A stretch of DNA of 64,000 bases, from assembly GCA_964016885.1 (NCBI GenBank), contig OZ024741.1, forward strand, positions 366,358,001 to 366,422,000, read 5' to 3'. Positions 27,390-42,394 of the stretch are shown here, one piece after another. The position numbers and the translations under genes were made by a program. This DNA comes from Eledone cirrhosa. Its lineage: Eukaryota. Within the stretch, counting starts at the first letter, position 1, and every line of letters begins with the position of its first letter. Below the pieces are notes generated by a model. It saw nothing but the letters and a program-made list of their open reading frames with translations, ran no database searches and was not told where the DNA came from.

Positions 27390-27996
27390 TACGGCTGCGA
27401 ACCGTGGACTTTCCCGAATGAGACCCGGAGATACATCGAGTCAACCGAGATGTATTTCTATCGCAGAATACTCAGGATCTCGTACATCGATCGAATAAAT
27501 AATTGTTTCTACTTTAGGCACAAGGCCAGCAATTACCCAGTGTATTACTGGTACTTTATTTTATCGACCCCGTAAGGATGAAAGGCAAAGTTAACCTCGG
27601 CGGGATTTGAACTCAGATCGTAAAGGGACGTAACTATGCTGGAAAGCATGGCGTCCGACCCTCTACCGATACTGCCAATCCACCGCCCATCGATCGAATA
27701 AATAATGAAGAGATTTTGAAGAGAGTGCAGATGGAACGTGAGATACTGCTCACTATTAAAAAAAGACAACTAATATTCCTAGAACATGCTATTAGGAAAG
27801 ACATGCTGGAAGACCTTTCCATTAGCGAAAACATTCCTGTGATACGTGCCAGAGGTCGTCAAAGTAGGTCCTTTTTTTTTTTTTTTTTTTGACAATTTCA
27901 ACATCAACATCAAAGTCGCAGAAGTATCGAGATCGAACAGCATGGAACGTCATGGTTCGTCAGACACTGATACAGTGATGGCACAAGAAGAAGATT
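27390..27996 (+). pseudogene. RTE-clade LINE 3' fragment interrupted by a SINE
   Basis: YGCEPWT..ESTEMYFYRRILRISYIDRINN | EEILKRVQMEREILLTIKKRQLIFLEH..RARGRQ, ending in a gaagaag tail. Confidence 0.85.
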
Positions 27997-28630
27997 ATAA
28001 TTATCTGCATTTCGGCGTGTATAACTCAACATTTCAAAGTTTCCAATGCTTTATCCAGTAATCAATCTTGTTCAGCTATTTTTATTTAATATGAGTTCGA
28101 CTATAATTTATCCAACAATAATTTGTTCAAATATTAAGAATCCACTATTATTATAATTATCTGTGGATTGAGGGCGCTGGATTGGCAGTATCGGTAAGGG
28201 GTCGGACGCTATGCTTTGAAAATTAGAGTTACGGCCCTTTATGATCTGAGTTGAAATCCCTCCGAGGTTAACTTTGACTTTCATCCTTACAGGGTCGATA
28301 AAATAAAGTACCAGTAATGTACTAGGATAATTGCTGGCCTTGTGCCAAAAGTAGAAACAATTATTATAATTATCTGTATTGTGGCGTCTATAATTCAACA
28401 TTTCACATTTCCCAATGCTTTGTAAGATTAACTTTGTTCACAAAACATTTCATTTCATGTTCCTCTTTCTTATTTTTTCTTGTTTTTTTTTTTTTGTTTT
28501 TTTTTTGTCTCATGACTTTGAAGAGTTAAGCTCCAAAATTTACCGAACGTTACGAATCTGTCTCACACAGATATTTATGATAAAGTGTTACCTCAGTAGA
28601 TTTCCTATCCATCATATATATATATATATG

Positions 28631-28774
<144 letters not shown>

Positions 28775-28864
28775 TGTATACAGCCGTTTCGACAGTTATT
28801 TCTGTCCAGAAATATGTGTATATATATATATATATTTATATTTATATTTATATTTATATTTATG

Positions 28865-28946
<82 letters not shown>

Positions 28947-31281
28947 ATTGCTTATAGCATGCATTTTATACTTTTAACCCATGATGGATAACGTATTGTC
29001 GAAATGGGGAATTTATCTGTCATTATGCAGTTTCATTCATCTACTTTTTCGTGTAAAAGTTCTTAGAGCAAAACGAAATCACAGCATCTATCTTAAATTA
29101 TGCCTACACTTAAACAAATTCCTTTTAAGTTGACGTTGGTGATTGTACTGATAGCGATGGTACTGGTAGTGATGGTACTGGTTTTTATTGTTGATATTGT
29201 TTAACTCCTGGTCAGTCATGATCTAACACGTGCATGAGGAAATATGTTCCAGCCTTGATTATCATGTCTTATATTTTTTTTAGGCATAGTATATCTAAGG
29301 CGTGCCGGTAAATTGGCGGAGTCGTTAGAACGTAAGATAGAATGCTTTGCGGTGTTCGTTTCGACTATCTACTATCTGAGTTCAAATCCCACCGAGGCCA
29401 ACTTTGCCTTTCATACTTTTGAGGTCGATAAAAAAAGTACCAGTCTAGTACTGGGGTCGATTCTTCCTCTTATATCGCTTTCTAACTTCTTCTCTTTCAC
29501 TATCTATATTTCTCTGGAAGAAATCTGCTGTATTCAGACCTGGAGAGGGATGGGCTCCGCCAGGTTTACAAATGCCCTAGAAATGCCGTATGTCAATATG
29601 GCGCCACTACGACTTCTTTACGAGTTAAGTGACCATGCATGCATATCTAAAGCAATATTATCCAGCGTGTCATTCTCTTTTAAGGACAAGATTTGGTTTG
29701 TGAGAGATTTAGTTTCTTTTTCTTACATGTGAAATGACATGTAGATCTCGTTTTATTCGTAAGATAGTTTAATTTGATTATATTTGTTTCTACAGTATGT
29801 TTTATTACACGTGGCTTAATGGTTAGGGTTTTCGGCTAACGATCTTAATGTCGTGAGTTCGATTCCCGGCAGTGCATTGCATCTTTGAATATGATACTTT
29901 ATATCACATTGCTCCAGTTCACTCAATTGGTAAAAATGAGTTCTACTTGTATTTCAAAGAACCAGCCTTATCATATACACTGCGTCACACTGCATCTACT
30001 TATGAACTAATTTACGTGTACGCGGAATACTCATCCACTTCTTACACGTTAATTTCACGAGTAGGCTGTTCCGTTGATCAAACAACTGGAACATTCAAAG
30101 TCGATAACCACGGAGGTCTCAAGCAAAAGTAAGAGTTATCCTTCGAACCCTATGAAAATCTTCACAGTCATCATTGGGTCATTTTACTGCATAATACCCT
30201 TTCTGGCGCCAACCTTTTTAGATGTCTCTTACGACACGCATGTATACGGCGTACATGTTCTGAACTTGATAAACACAGCTTCAATATATAGTAAAGTATT
30301 GACTAATATGCACTTATATTTCCAACTCCTGTGTATTAATAGCAAAGATATTACTATTTACAGTTCAACAGTTGATTAGTACGAAAATACTGACTGATTT
30401 TATTCTATTTTATATGTTTCTTAACAAACCCTATATGAAATACTGAAATCTTTAGCTTAAGTATGTTGTTGTATGGTAATCCAGCACTTTGAATTCTCTA
30501 CCGTGAACTTTGATTTATGTAATGAATGGGCTATATGCATATTTATTCCAGAGAAGAAACCATTGCTCTATCGACCGGGTTATGTTAGTATATTTTTTAT
30601 TATATTTATATTATTGGACTGAAATGAATAAAAACTACGTGCATTTGAATTTTTACATTTAAATCATTGTATTAACAGGCAGATACTGGTTTCTCCAGTC
30701 ATATACAATATTAATTACTATAAAAGTATTTCGTGCTATGAATACAACAGAGAAAAGTTGCACATCCAATTACAAAAATAATAAAAACAACTAACGCTTC
30801 CCAAAAACTTCGTTAATATATTCTTCAGTTATGTCTTATAAAATAATAGAATAATAGACGGTTATAACATGAAATCGTATCATAATTGTCGAATTGTTCT
30901 CTACTCATTACATATGCTGCAAGTTGATCCTTTTGTTATAATGTTGTCTTTGTAGTAATTCGGAACGAAAAGAAGAACCAGCACGCTTGTAGAAATAACT
31001 CTTTGTTTCCCGGCCTCTCTCTTCTCTCCAACAACAATTCGCTATTATTTGTATGTATTAAACAGCACTGTGCTCGTAGCCTTTTCTTTTCTTTTCTTTT
31101 TAGGCTTCTTGTACAAATAGATTCGATTACCTCGCTGAATTGAATATTATCGATATTGATTTGGATGGTGATAATTTAAGAATTGAGTAATTGAGTAATT
31201 AGAAATATATACGGATAAGAAAGATCTTCAGACATGCAGTTACCGAGAGGAAAGTTTGGCCCAGGTGTTTTGTATGGTTTT

Positions 31282-31463
<182 letters not shown>

Positions 31464-31507
31464 AATAGTTTATCGCTCTGCATGGCTGAATACAATAAAT
31501 GTAATCT

Positions 31508-31726
31508 GAGTCTTTCGAATATTAATAATAATATTCGATTCGTTTGCAATGACGGTGTCATTCTACTGACATGGCATAAAGAGAGGCTGTTTGCGTAATT
31601 GCAAACGAATCGAATATTATTATTGATATTTGAAAGACTCAATACATTGTTATGTTCGGGGAGGGTCATAAACAGAACACACTCACTGTTTGGTTTTGGT
31701 TGGCTTTCGCTTCTGTATCTTTTATA
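31508..31726. repeat. Fold-back (31508-31550 / 31598-31640) plus a segment shared with 5493-5598
   Basis: gagtctttcgaatattaataataatattcgattcgtttgcaat and its reverse complement. Confidence 0.85.
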
Positions 31727-31914
31727 TCTCCATAGTTAATTTATCTGGCAATCAATGTTTATCATTGATTTACCAACGGTTAAAAATACAGATATAAATA
31801 TTTATATATATATAGTCTATCAAAGTTCTTTCGTCACACATCTGTGACACCATCAGTGGTACTATTATGTTTCCTCCCGTTGCATTGTAATGCTTACGCC
31901 CTTTTTATTTAATT

Positions 31915-32030
<116 letters not shown>

Positions 32031-32968
32031 ATAAATATGAACATTAACACATTACATATATTTAATATACAATGACGTCGCACTGGTATCGGCTGCTGCT
32101 GTAAAGATTGCATAACAGCTCTATGCTGGTGTTACAGAAATCCGTATAATAAATATGACTATGTAACAACTGTCTTAACGTTTGTCTCTTACACGGAATC
32201 TCCATTACGTTTGAATATCACCTTTATGCTGGATAGTTACAACTGACGTGAAGCGCTCTTACCTGCTTACACCTATTTATCAACGAAACATCACAGATAA
32301 ACAACATAGTTGTTAGCGATATATATTCAGAGATAGATAGGTAGAAAAAGAAATTGACGGAAGAAGAGGCAAATACACAAAACCATTGACAGGATGTTGT
32401 AGAACATTTGCCTGAAACACCCACTCTGCTTTTTCTGTTACATTTGTGTTATTTGTGTTCAAATTTAGAAGGTTTTTGACAGATAGTAACGCTTGTGTGT
32501 GACAGACGGACTAAAAGGTTATACAGTTATATATTATAGATTATTATATTATGAATGTTTAGATATAATATATCCTTTTCATAAAGTATAACTTTAAAAG
32601 AAACAAAACGTATGTGAATTCTGATTTATCTTTGTAAGATTCCGACATTGTACTTCCTGAGTTAGTAAAATAAATGATGACGTTTCCCTTCGTCTTGTCC
32701 AGATAAACATAGATTCTATAATTTTTAAGTTAAGCGGATATAAATACATGCAGCTCCTACTCCCCACCCTCCTCAAGAACAAATCATTTACAGGGACAGG
32801 CAATGTTGTGTGGTTGAAGAATTAACATTGCACCTGCATGGTTCTTGGTTCAGTCACACTGCATGGTACGCTTAGAAAATGTTTTCTACTATAGACTCCG
32901 GTTAACCAATACGGTGAGAGCGGAATTTCGTATACAGGAACTACAGAAGCCCGTCGTATATACATATA

Positions 32969-33007
<39 letters not shown>

Positions 33008-33109
33008 AAGAGAGAGATAGGCGAGTTAGTATGTGTGTGAGAGTGCGGGTTCGTGTCTGTGTTTATGTTTTGTCCATGTATATGCTCCGTGAACTAATGG
33101 TTCAACAAA

Positions 33110-33345
33110 AACAGGCAGAATCGCATGGACAGATTTTACGGGCAAAACCAACCGGTAGGAGACCAAGGGATAGTCACCGAGCAAGATGGCTGGATAACAT
33201 CAATGTGCTAGACTGGTATTGCTTGAGGATTCAGCCAAATCAACTAGAGACAGTTGCTTCTGACATGACCTACTGAAAGACGTGCTTGGGGACTCTGGCG
33301 CCACGACTCACCTAGAAATATGTGGGCGAAGAAGAACAACAACAA
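33110..33345 (+). pseudogene. RTE-like LINE 3' remnant
   Basis: QILRAKPTGRRPRDSHRARWLDNI resembles the RTE C-terminal GxRxRGRPxxRW motif. gaagaagaacaacaac tail. Confidence 0.6.
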
Positions 33346-33934
33346 AAGTAAATCGATAATATAAGCATCAAAATACTGGAGGTCGATATGATGAACTAAA
33401 TCAATTCAGTTAAGTTTATTTTCGTTTGAGTGAAGACAGCTTAATTTTTTTTTTTTTTTTCTTCTCCTGTCTAATTTTTGCTTCCGTTATTCTCACTGTC
33501 GAATACTCACTAACGAAATACATACTGTGAAATCACTGCAGATAATTCTGGAAGGAAATTGATGTTAACTTTTAGTATATGCTGTTAGACATACAATTTG
33601 AATGAATGAATGGCAGACATGTTTGACAGAGGCCACGCTGTTAACCCGGCACGTTATTTCAGAGAAGCCGTAGCAGTAGTTTGAGAAACCGGCTCAATAG
33701 TTTACGAAAATACGGAATTGACATAAAAACATGAATATAACTGACGGTTTTCCGTTCTGTTCTATAGCTCTCTATACAAGTGTATATTTATTTTTTCTGT
33801 GGGTTGTATTAACATTCAGCCGGTGTGCTACAGAATTGTCTTAGCAATAGATATGCACATATACAATATGTATATACACTATATACACATACACATACAC
33901 ATACATACTCAGACATGCACTAATACACACACAC

Positions 33935-33974
<40 letters not shown>

Positions 33975-34266
33975 ACATATATATATGGGGTTATACTTTT
34001 TTCTATTACCCACTCTACTACCCTAAGTATTGAGTACTCTGGTGCGTTATGGTCCATCTAGTTCCTTACCACACTTCCTTCGTTATATATATATGTGTGT
34101 GTGTTCAGCGCATCGGTAGGGGTTCTCCTACATGGATATAAAGTAGTGGCCGTACTCGAAAACGAGTTGGCAGCCACCATATATATATATAGCGAGAGAG
34201 ACAGACAGAAACAGAGATAGCTAGATAGATAGACAAATAGATAGATATTGTATATTCAATCTAACA

Positions 34267-34434
34267 CCGTATTTCCCGGCGCCGAAGATCATTCGTCCTG
34301 GAAGACGCACCCTAATTTTGACAACCAAAAATTTGAAAAAAAAATAATGAACAACCTTCAGCCTCCAGGACGCAGGACGATTTTTTAGACTTATTTCAGG
34401 AAAAAAAGTAGCGTATTCGACGCCGGGAATACGG
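34267..34434. mobile_element. pogo-like MITE
   Basis: TIRs ccgtatttcccggcgccgaa / ttcgacgccgggaatacgg followed by TA. Confidence 0.75.
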
Positions 34435-37400
34435 TAAGCAAAAATAATTGTTTCTTATTTAGGCACAGTTCTAGCAATTAGGTTGGGGTGATTAATTGTC
34501 CCCAGTATTTCAATGGTACTTTGTTTATCGATCCTTGAAATGAAACGCTAAGTTGGTCTCGGGAAAATGTGAAGTTAGAACATAAAGGGCCGTAACAATT
34601 AGAGCAAAACATTTGTCCGATGCTCTAATGATTCTATGAATTCATTACCGTCATCTAAATAAAAATAATGATCAAATGTATTAAATAAACGTCACGACAA
34701 AAAGGGTGGGACTGAGAGGTGAGGCAAATTCCTAGTTTACTTAACTCATTCTTAGTTCAGCCACATAAATCTAAACTGGTCAATCTAATCGAACGTTAAT
34801 TAAGCGTTATTTATTGACATTAATTCAACAGAAGTAATTTAGCCAGTCATGTGGTCTTTACAAGAGATGTATTCAGCACAGAAATTCTATAAGAAATGTG
34901 GAAGCAACATGGCCAAATGGCTTAAGAATTTTGCTTCGCAATAATTAATTTCCGGGCAAGTATCATTTACCATGGCCTCAAGACGACACCGGCTTTGTGG
35001 ATGAAATTGCGTAAACGGAAATTGAATGGTCTGTAGCCGTAATTTAAAGAAATAGCTTTAACAACACTGTCACACTGACTCTCCCTGAGAATGACGTTAA
35101 CAGTATACTTGTCTGTGAAATATCAGCCACTTACATGTTAATTTCACTAGCAGTCTGATCAAACAACGGTAACACTCACCGTCAAAATATATGGAGGTCC
35201 ATTCCATTCTATATTAGATAAATGTTGATTTACAACTTAAGGACAGGGTTTCAAATCTGTAATGGAATATACCGTATAGTTGATCACATAGTCACATAGA
35301 CCTTAGTACAAAACTGGTACTATGTTAGATATTATCCGGAGATAATACAATACTTGTACATATTTTGAAACAAGGATAGACATCGTGACGAGAAAATTGT
35401 GTAATTAATTGAAAAAAAGTTTACCTTGGGTGGAAAAAAATATTGCTACTGGGCATTTTTATAGGTTTTATTGTGTAACTTTTATTTACTTAGAAAACAA
35501 TATTACTTCTTCGTTTGGGGTAGCAGTAAGAGACACTAATCATAAAAGTGGTAGTAATATACCCTCACGCCTCAAGCATTTTCGAAGAAAATTCTGTTGA
35601 AAACTGTAAATATAAAAAAAAACAAAGAGTGTAGAAAATAGATAAATAGAAGAAGAAAGGTCTGACAATTAAACAAACAGATGCAATTACAAAAACAAAC
35701 ATAAATATTGACACATTGGAAAATACAAAGAATAGTACAAACGGATACATTTGCAATGTAAACTTAAATGCTGGCAACAACATAACATTTGCACAAGGCA
35801 GACACTAACAAACATAGCTTTGCCAATGTTTTAAGCTAGATAGAAGCTTCGACAAAAAAAAAATACGTTTTTGAAATATGTCACGAAAACCTCTATGCTG
35901 AGTTAGTAGCATAGAGATAGGCTGGTATAGTTGTCATCTGCCAAGCATCCTCTCTCGCAGTACGTCCCTTCAATGAAACTACACTCCTGAGTCACGCTAA
36001 GGCCAAGATTGGACATCTGACATCTGAAATGTTGTTAGGCACTCAGAGTTTTCCTCCAATATGGGTAATGTGGATGGTGAAATTTTCAAACTAACGTTCT
36101 ATAGATGGATAGTGGTTGGTGTGAGCAGTGACTATCTCGCGGGAATTCTTGTCAGTGGTGACAGTCAAGTGTTTGATTTACTTCAGGGAACCTTCAGCAT
36201 AGTAACTATGGAAACTTTATAGAAATCCCTGGCTTGCCAGTGCTATGGGGGGACATTGCGTGTTAAACATAAATCATTCAATCGCGGAAAGACTGTCAGT
36301 AGGGACTGCTCAATATGGGCGATGAGACCACAAAGGCATTCGTTAATCAGAGACTATAGTAGAAGAAGCTTGTCAAGGGGGTAAGACAGTGGGACGGAAA
36401 CCGAAACCAGGTAGTTGCGAAAGGAGCTTCTTAGCTACATAGCCATATCTGCGCCTATATGTAAACTCCAACATATTTGTTTGTAATTATTTTGTATTAA
36501 ATGATTTGAATGTAGGTGTAAGGCCCTTGAGGCCAATAAAAAAGATTATTAGTTTTTTTAGCATATATTAATCAAAAATAAAATAGCTTTTCTTTCCGTG
36601 TAATATCTATATTTATGTGTATGGTGAGTTACAATGGCACTATTGCCAAGCTGTATCGGCCTTTGCTTTTATATTGGATAACATTTATGTTGTTGAGTGA
36701 GGAAACTTGCATACATGAACGAATATTGGTATTCTGTAAAACACCCTCCGAAAGACGAACTCATGGTCAGTTAGTCATGGCTGCAAAACCTATGGCCAGG
36801 CATGACTAAATAGGGCCTTTTACTTTTACCTTTATATATCCCTCCTCTTTATGTTTCTGTGTGGGTGTGTACGTTTGTATGTGTGTACGTGGATGTAGAG
36901 AAATATGAGTGTATGTGTGTATCTCTGTGTCTGTGCATCTGTATGTATATGTGTGGTCGTGTAGACACCAACAGGTTCTTCAAATTCAACATTTATATCA
37001 GCCCCAGGTTGTTATTTACTAATATCTCACTAAATTTAACGGAAACGATCGAAACCATTTATTATATGTAAGTTCGTATGTATGTATGTATGTATGTATG
37101 TATGTATGTATGTATGTATGTATGTATGTATGTGTGTGTGTATGTATATGTGTATATGTATGTATGTATGTACGTATGAGTGTATGCATATATGTATTTA
37201 TGTAACTATTCATGTATATAGGTATAAATATAAGCATAAATGTAGGTATGTATATATTTATATGTGTATGAATGAATGTATGTATATATGTGCGGGGATA
37301 TGGAAATATTCAGTTTGGTGCTCGAGCGCGCGGTTAGCTCATCGTGTGTAAGAGACCTCTAGTTCTTGCTAGGACATTATTCTAGGAAAAAGAAAACTCT

Positions 37401-39309
37401 GATGTAAAACCTGTGGTTCGATGAAAGCCAATGATGTTGACCTATTCTTCTTTTTGGATACCTGTCACGGTTGTTCAGAGAGTGGGATTGGTTCAGCACA
37501 AAGCCTTTCTTCACTAAAAACCCATCAAGCACAAGCATCACAAATGACACTTTCATCACACAGACATCGCATTTACATATCTGTTGTGTGAGTATAGCCT
37601 TTTCCCTTTTTTTCTCTCACTGTAAATTATGCAGAAAGGAATTTAAGTCTTTGGCAGGGCTAAAAGGTCATTCCGTGCTCCCATGTATAAGTAAAAGGTC
37701 ACGGAATGACAATTCTCGAAACTGAAATGCAGTGGATTGGCAGTATCGGTGGAGGGTCGGAAACTATGCTTTGCAGCACAGAGTAACGGCCCTTTACGAT
37801 CCTAGTTCAAATCTCGTTGAGGTTAACTTTACCTTTCATCCTTACGGGGTCGATAAAATAAAGTACCAGTAATGCACTGGGATAATTGTGGGCCTTGTGC
37901 CAAACATAGAAGCAATTATGTATATATGCATATGTCATACATTTAACTATATATGTATGCATCTGTGTATGTATGTCCACATGCATATAATTTATGTATA
38001 TATGTATGTATCTATGTATTAGTTTATGTATGTTTATACGTGAATAATAATATATGTAAGTATGCATATAATAATTGTTTCTACTTTAGGCACAAGGCCA
38101 GCAATAACCCAGTACATTACTGGTACTTTATTTTATCGACCCCGTAAGGATGAAAGGCAAAGTTAACCTCGGCGGGATTTAAACTCAGACTGTAAAGGGG
38201 CTGTAAAGTATGCATATAATAATATATGTATGCATGTATGCATACATGCATATATCATACTTTTAACTATGTATGTTTATATTCATTCTGGACGTGGTAT
38301 GTCAGTGTATCGTGATTGATTCCCATTCTGTGATTATATATATATTGCTCCTATAGTTAGTTCGTAGTAGTTTGTCAAGTGGCGGTCCATTGCTGTCTGT
38401 GCACTGCAGTGATCGGCCATGTTAACTGCATGTCAGCTGTATTTAATCTGTGTCCGAACATTTGGCAAAGTTTCAAAAACGTGGACGGGAAAGTGAAAGT
38501 AAATGTGAAAGTATGTTTAAATGGGTGGGCGGGAGTATTATTATTTAGCTCCATTGAGCTAAATACTGACGGAATAGCAAGCTTCAGTGGAAAGTGGGGG
38601 AGGGGTCGTCGGAAGTGATGGGATATAGAGTAGGGCTGCTAATTTATCATTTAGTCAGATAGAAAGACAGTTTTGTGTTGTACTGCTTGGTATTCTGGAA
38701 TACTGGAACGCTGTTAATTAAAATGGATTCGTAGAATGTTAGGCTACAATTTTCTCACTTTGTCTCCTTCGGCACAAGGGTATCAGACGTGAGGCAGCAG
38801 CCCCATGGTGAGGGGTAAATAGCAGCTGCAACTGATTACGCTGGTTATTCTACGAGGCAATGTTTTGGCCACATTGCCCATGGTGACACAGCTGAGATAA
38901 ATTATACCATCTAGCTAAAGGCGAAGAATTCGCCACTGCCTCCATTCCTATACCTACGCCTTTTCTATCCTATTTCGTTGTACTTTCCTGTGATTTTCTC
39001 TTTAACTTTTATGCTTATAATATTGTAAATAAATAAATGTTTAAATTTATCCAATTTTGAAATAAAAAAAACACTAGAAAATGTGATCACCATTATTCTT
39101 CACACAGCCCCCTCTTTGCAACGCTGTTATTCTTTATGTTTGCTAGAAACGTCTATAGTTGTTAAGTTAGAGGTTATTGAAAAAATATATAACATATATT
39201 GTAATAAGATTTTATGATGATTTTTTACCATAAGGTGTCTCTCTTCTACTTCACACACACTCCCACATCATCACACTCTCTCGTTCTCTCTCGCTCTCTC
39301 ACTCTGTCT

Positions 39310-39340
<31 letters not shown>

Positions 39341-39345
39341 CGTAT

Positions 39346-39413
<68 letters not shown>

Positions 39414-39548
39414 CATATGGTATACTATTGAATTATAAAACCAATTTAAAGAATAAAATTACTTCTGCTTTCCATGTCTCTCATTCTTATATTCTCATCT
39501 TTATGATTATATATACATATACACATATATAAATACACACACACACAA

Positions 39549-39641
<93 letters not shown>

Positions 39642-39697
39642 AATACATATATATACATTCACACATTCACACTGATATATATACGTACACACACACG

Positions 39698-39737
<40 letters not shown>

Positions 39738-39837
39738 TTTACCAAACTCATATATTCATCCAGACTGCCATAGATACACAGCTAGACATGTACACAAAAG
39801 CCACACCACGCCACATATGTACCAACACAGACACACA

Positions 39838-39959
<122 letters not shown>

Positions 39960-40852
39960 TAAACACATTATAGATTTTCATAATGTTTCAGGAGAAAAAT
40001 GAATTGGTAGCTTTAGAAAAAAAACATCAGTGGAAAAAAAGGAAGATTTTACGAACAATAAATATATGTGCGTGCGCAGGTTTTCAAATATATGTGTGTA
40101 TGTTTGTATGTGTAAATATGTATGTATGTGTATATGAATGTATATATGTATTAATATCTGTATATTCATGATACACAAATATGTACATCCCTACATAAAA
40201 TGTAACTTTACTGATACATACATATATACGAACATATATACATATAAACAGACAGAAACAGACAGACAAAAACAGACAGACAGACAGACAGATAGACAGA
40301 CAGACAGACAGATATGCACATATACATATACAGACATACATTCATACATAAATACATGCATACATAAAAACATGAATAAATACAAACATACATACATGCA
40401 TACATACATACATGCAAATATACATACACCCACACACATACATACGTGCATACACACATACATACAAACATACTTACACCTACACACATACATACATGCA
40501 TACATACATATACATACATACATACATAATACATACATGCATACATATATAGATACATAAATACATACATCCATACTTATGTACACATATATGTATGTAT
40601 GAATATATATAGGTGTGTGAACATACGTGCACATTGGAACATTTATTTCAACGTTTCACTCTTTTTTTTTCAAACCCTCCACAGCTAAGTGATTTCGGAA
40701 ATCTTAATACATTATTTTTACATTTTTCAATACTGCGGCCATTTTCAGTTTCATTTCACAAAAGAACAGTCTGCTTTCTTCCTTTTCTTTCTAATCTTTC
40801 CCACCATGCCCATTATATATGTGTGTTTGTGTCTGTGTGTGTGTATGTATGC

Positions 40853-40905
<53 letters not shown>

Positions 40906-40989
40906 GTTTTATGTTATAATTACAATTCTAATGTATTGTTTCCGCAAATCCGATATATATATTTTTTAAGTCTCAAGCGTTCTTTACAC

Positions 40990-41069
<80 letters not shown>

Positions 41070-41079
41070 GTAATAATAA

Positions 41080-41345
41080 TAAGTTTGAAGACTAAAGTCC
41101 AAAGAGGGCTCGATAAGGATAAATATATATCAAATATATAAGAACCGTAGAGCAAATATTTATTAAAATGACAGATTAAAGTTTAAGCAAAGAATCGCTG
41201 TTTTCAACCTTAACGGGATCTTCTGAAATATATATATATGTGTGTGGGTGTGTGTGTGGGTGTGTGTGTGTCTGAGTTTCAGAAGATCCCGTTAAGGGTG
41301 AAAGCAGCGATTCTTTGCTTAAACTTTAATCTGTTATTTTAATAA
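41080..41345. mobile_element. Two inverted family-D PLE 3'-end pieces around a (TG)n spacer
   Basis: 41160-41228 (-) and 41275-41345 (+), each starting at the hammerhead-like core. Confidence 0.85.
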
Positions 41346-41527
41346 ATATATATATATAAACGGAAAAAATGAAACGGCTTAATACGGGATGTTTGTTTAC
41401 AAACACACCGAGCATTATAATAAATGTTCGGTGAATCCATACGTACATATATATATGTGTGCATGTATGTATATATATATACATACTACTGTACGTCTGT
41501 ATACATATATGTATGTACGTGTACACA

Positions 41528-41631
<104 letters not shown>

Positions 41632-41687
41632 ATGTGTGTGTATATATATGTATATATATATATATACATACATACACACACACACAC

Positions 41688-41724
<37 letters not shown>

Positions 41725-41853
41725 ACTACCCACAACTTTCCCACCTACTCATTCACTCACAGAAACAAGAATACATTCGTATGCAACACTACACAAACTC
41801 AGACACGCACACATACGTGCACATATATATATATACATCTTTACATATATATA

Positions 41854-41911
<58 letters not shown>

Positions 41912-41954
41912 GTGTGTGTGTGTGTATGTATGTATATATATATATATACATATA

Positions 41955-42004
<50 letters not shown>

Positions 42005-42394
42005 AAATTTTAAAATACCATCACCACAATGCATATAACTATAGAAGTAGTTGTTAAGTATAGATGATAGTTAAATAAATAATTGTTTTTACTTTTTACA
42101 CCAATTACCCAGTGTATTACTGGTACTTTATTTTATCGACCCCGTAAGGATGAAAGGCAAAGTTAACCTCGGCGGGATTTGAACTCAGTTAAATAAATAA
42201 TGAAAACTGAAACGCTACACAGAGACATTTGCGAGGATTTGAAGAACTCATCTTATGTGTACTGGGTGATCGCATTTAGACATTAGGCTAATGGGTCTCT
42301 GTCTGTAATTCACCGTCATTTTAGAAGAACATACGCAAATACACAGAGACATACACATACATACATGCATAAATATATATATATATATATATAT

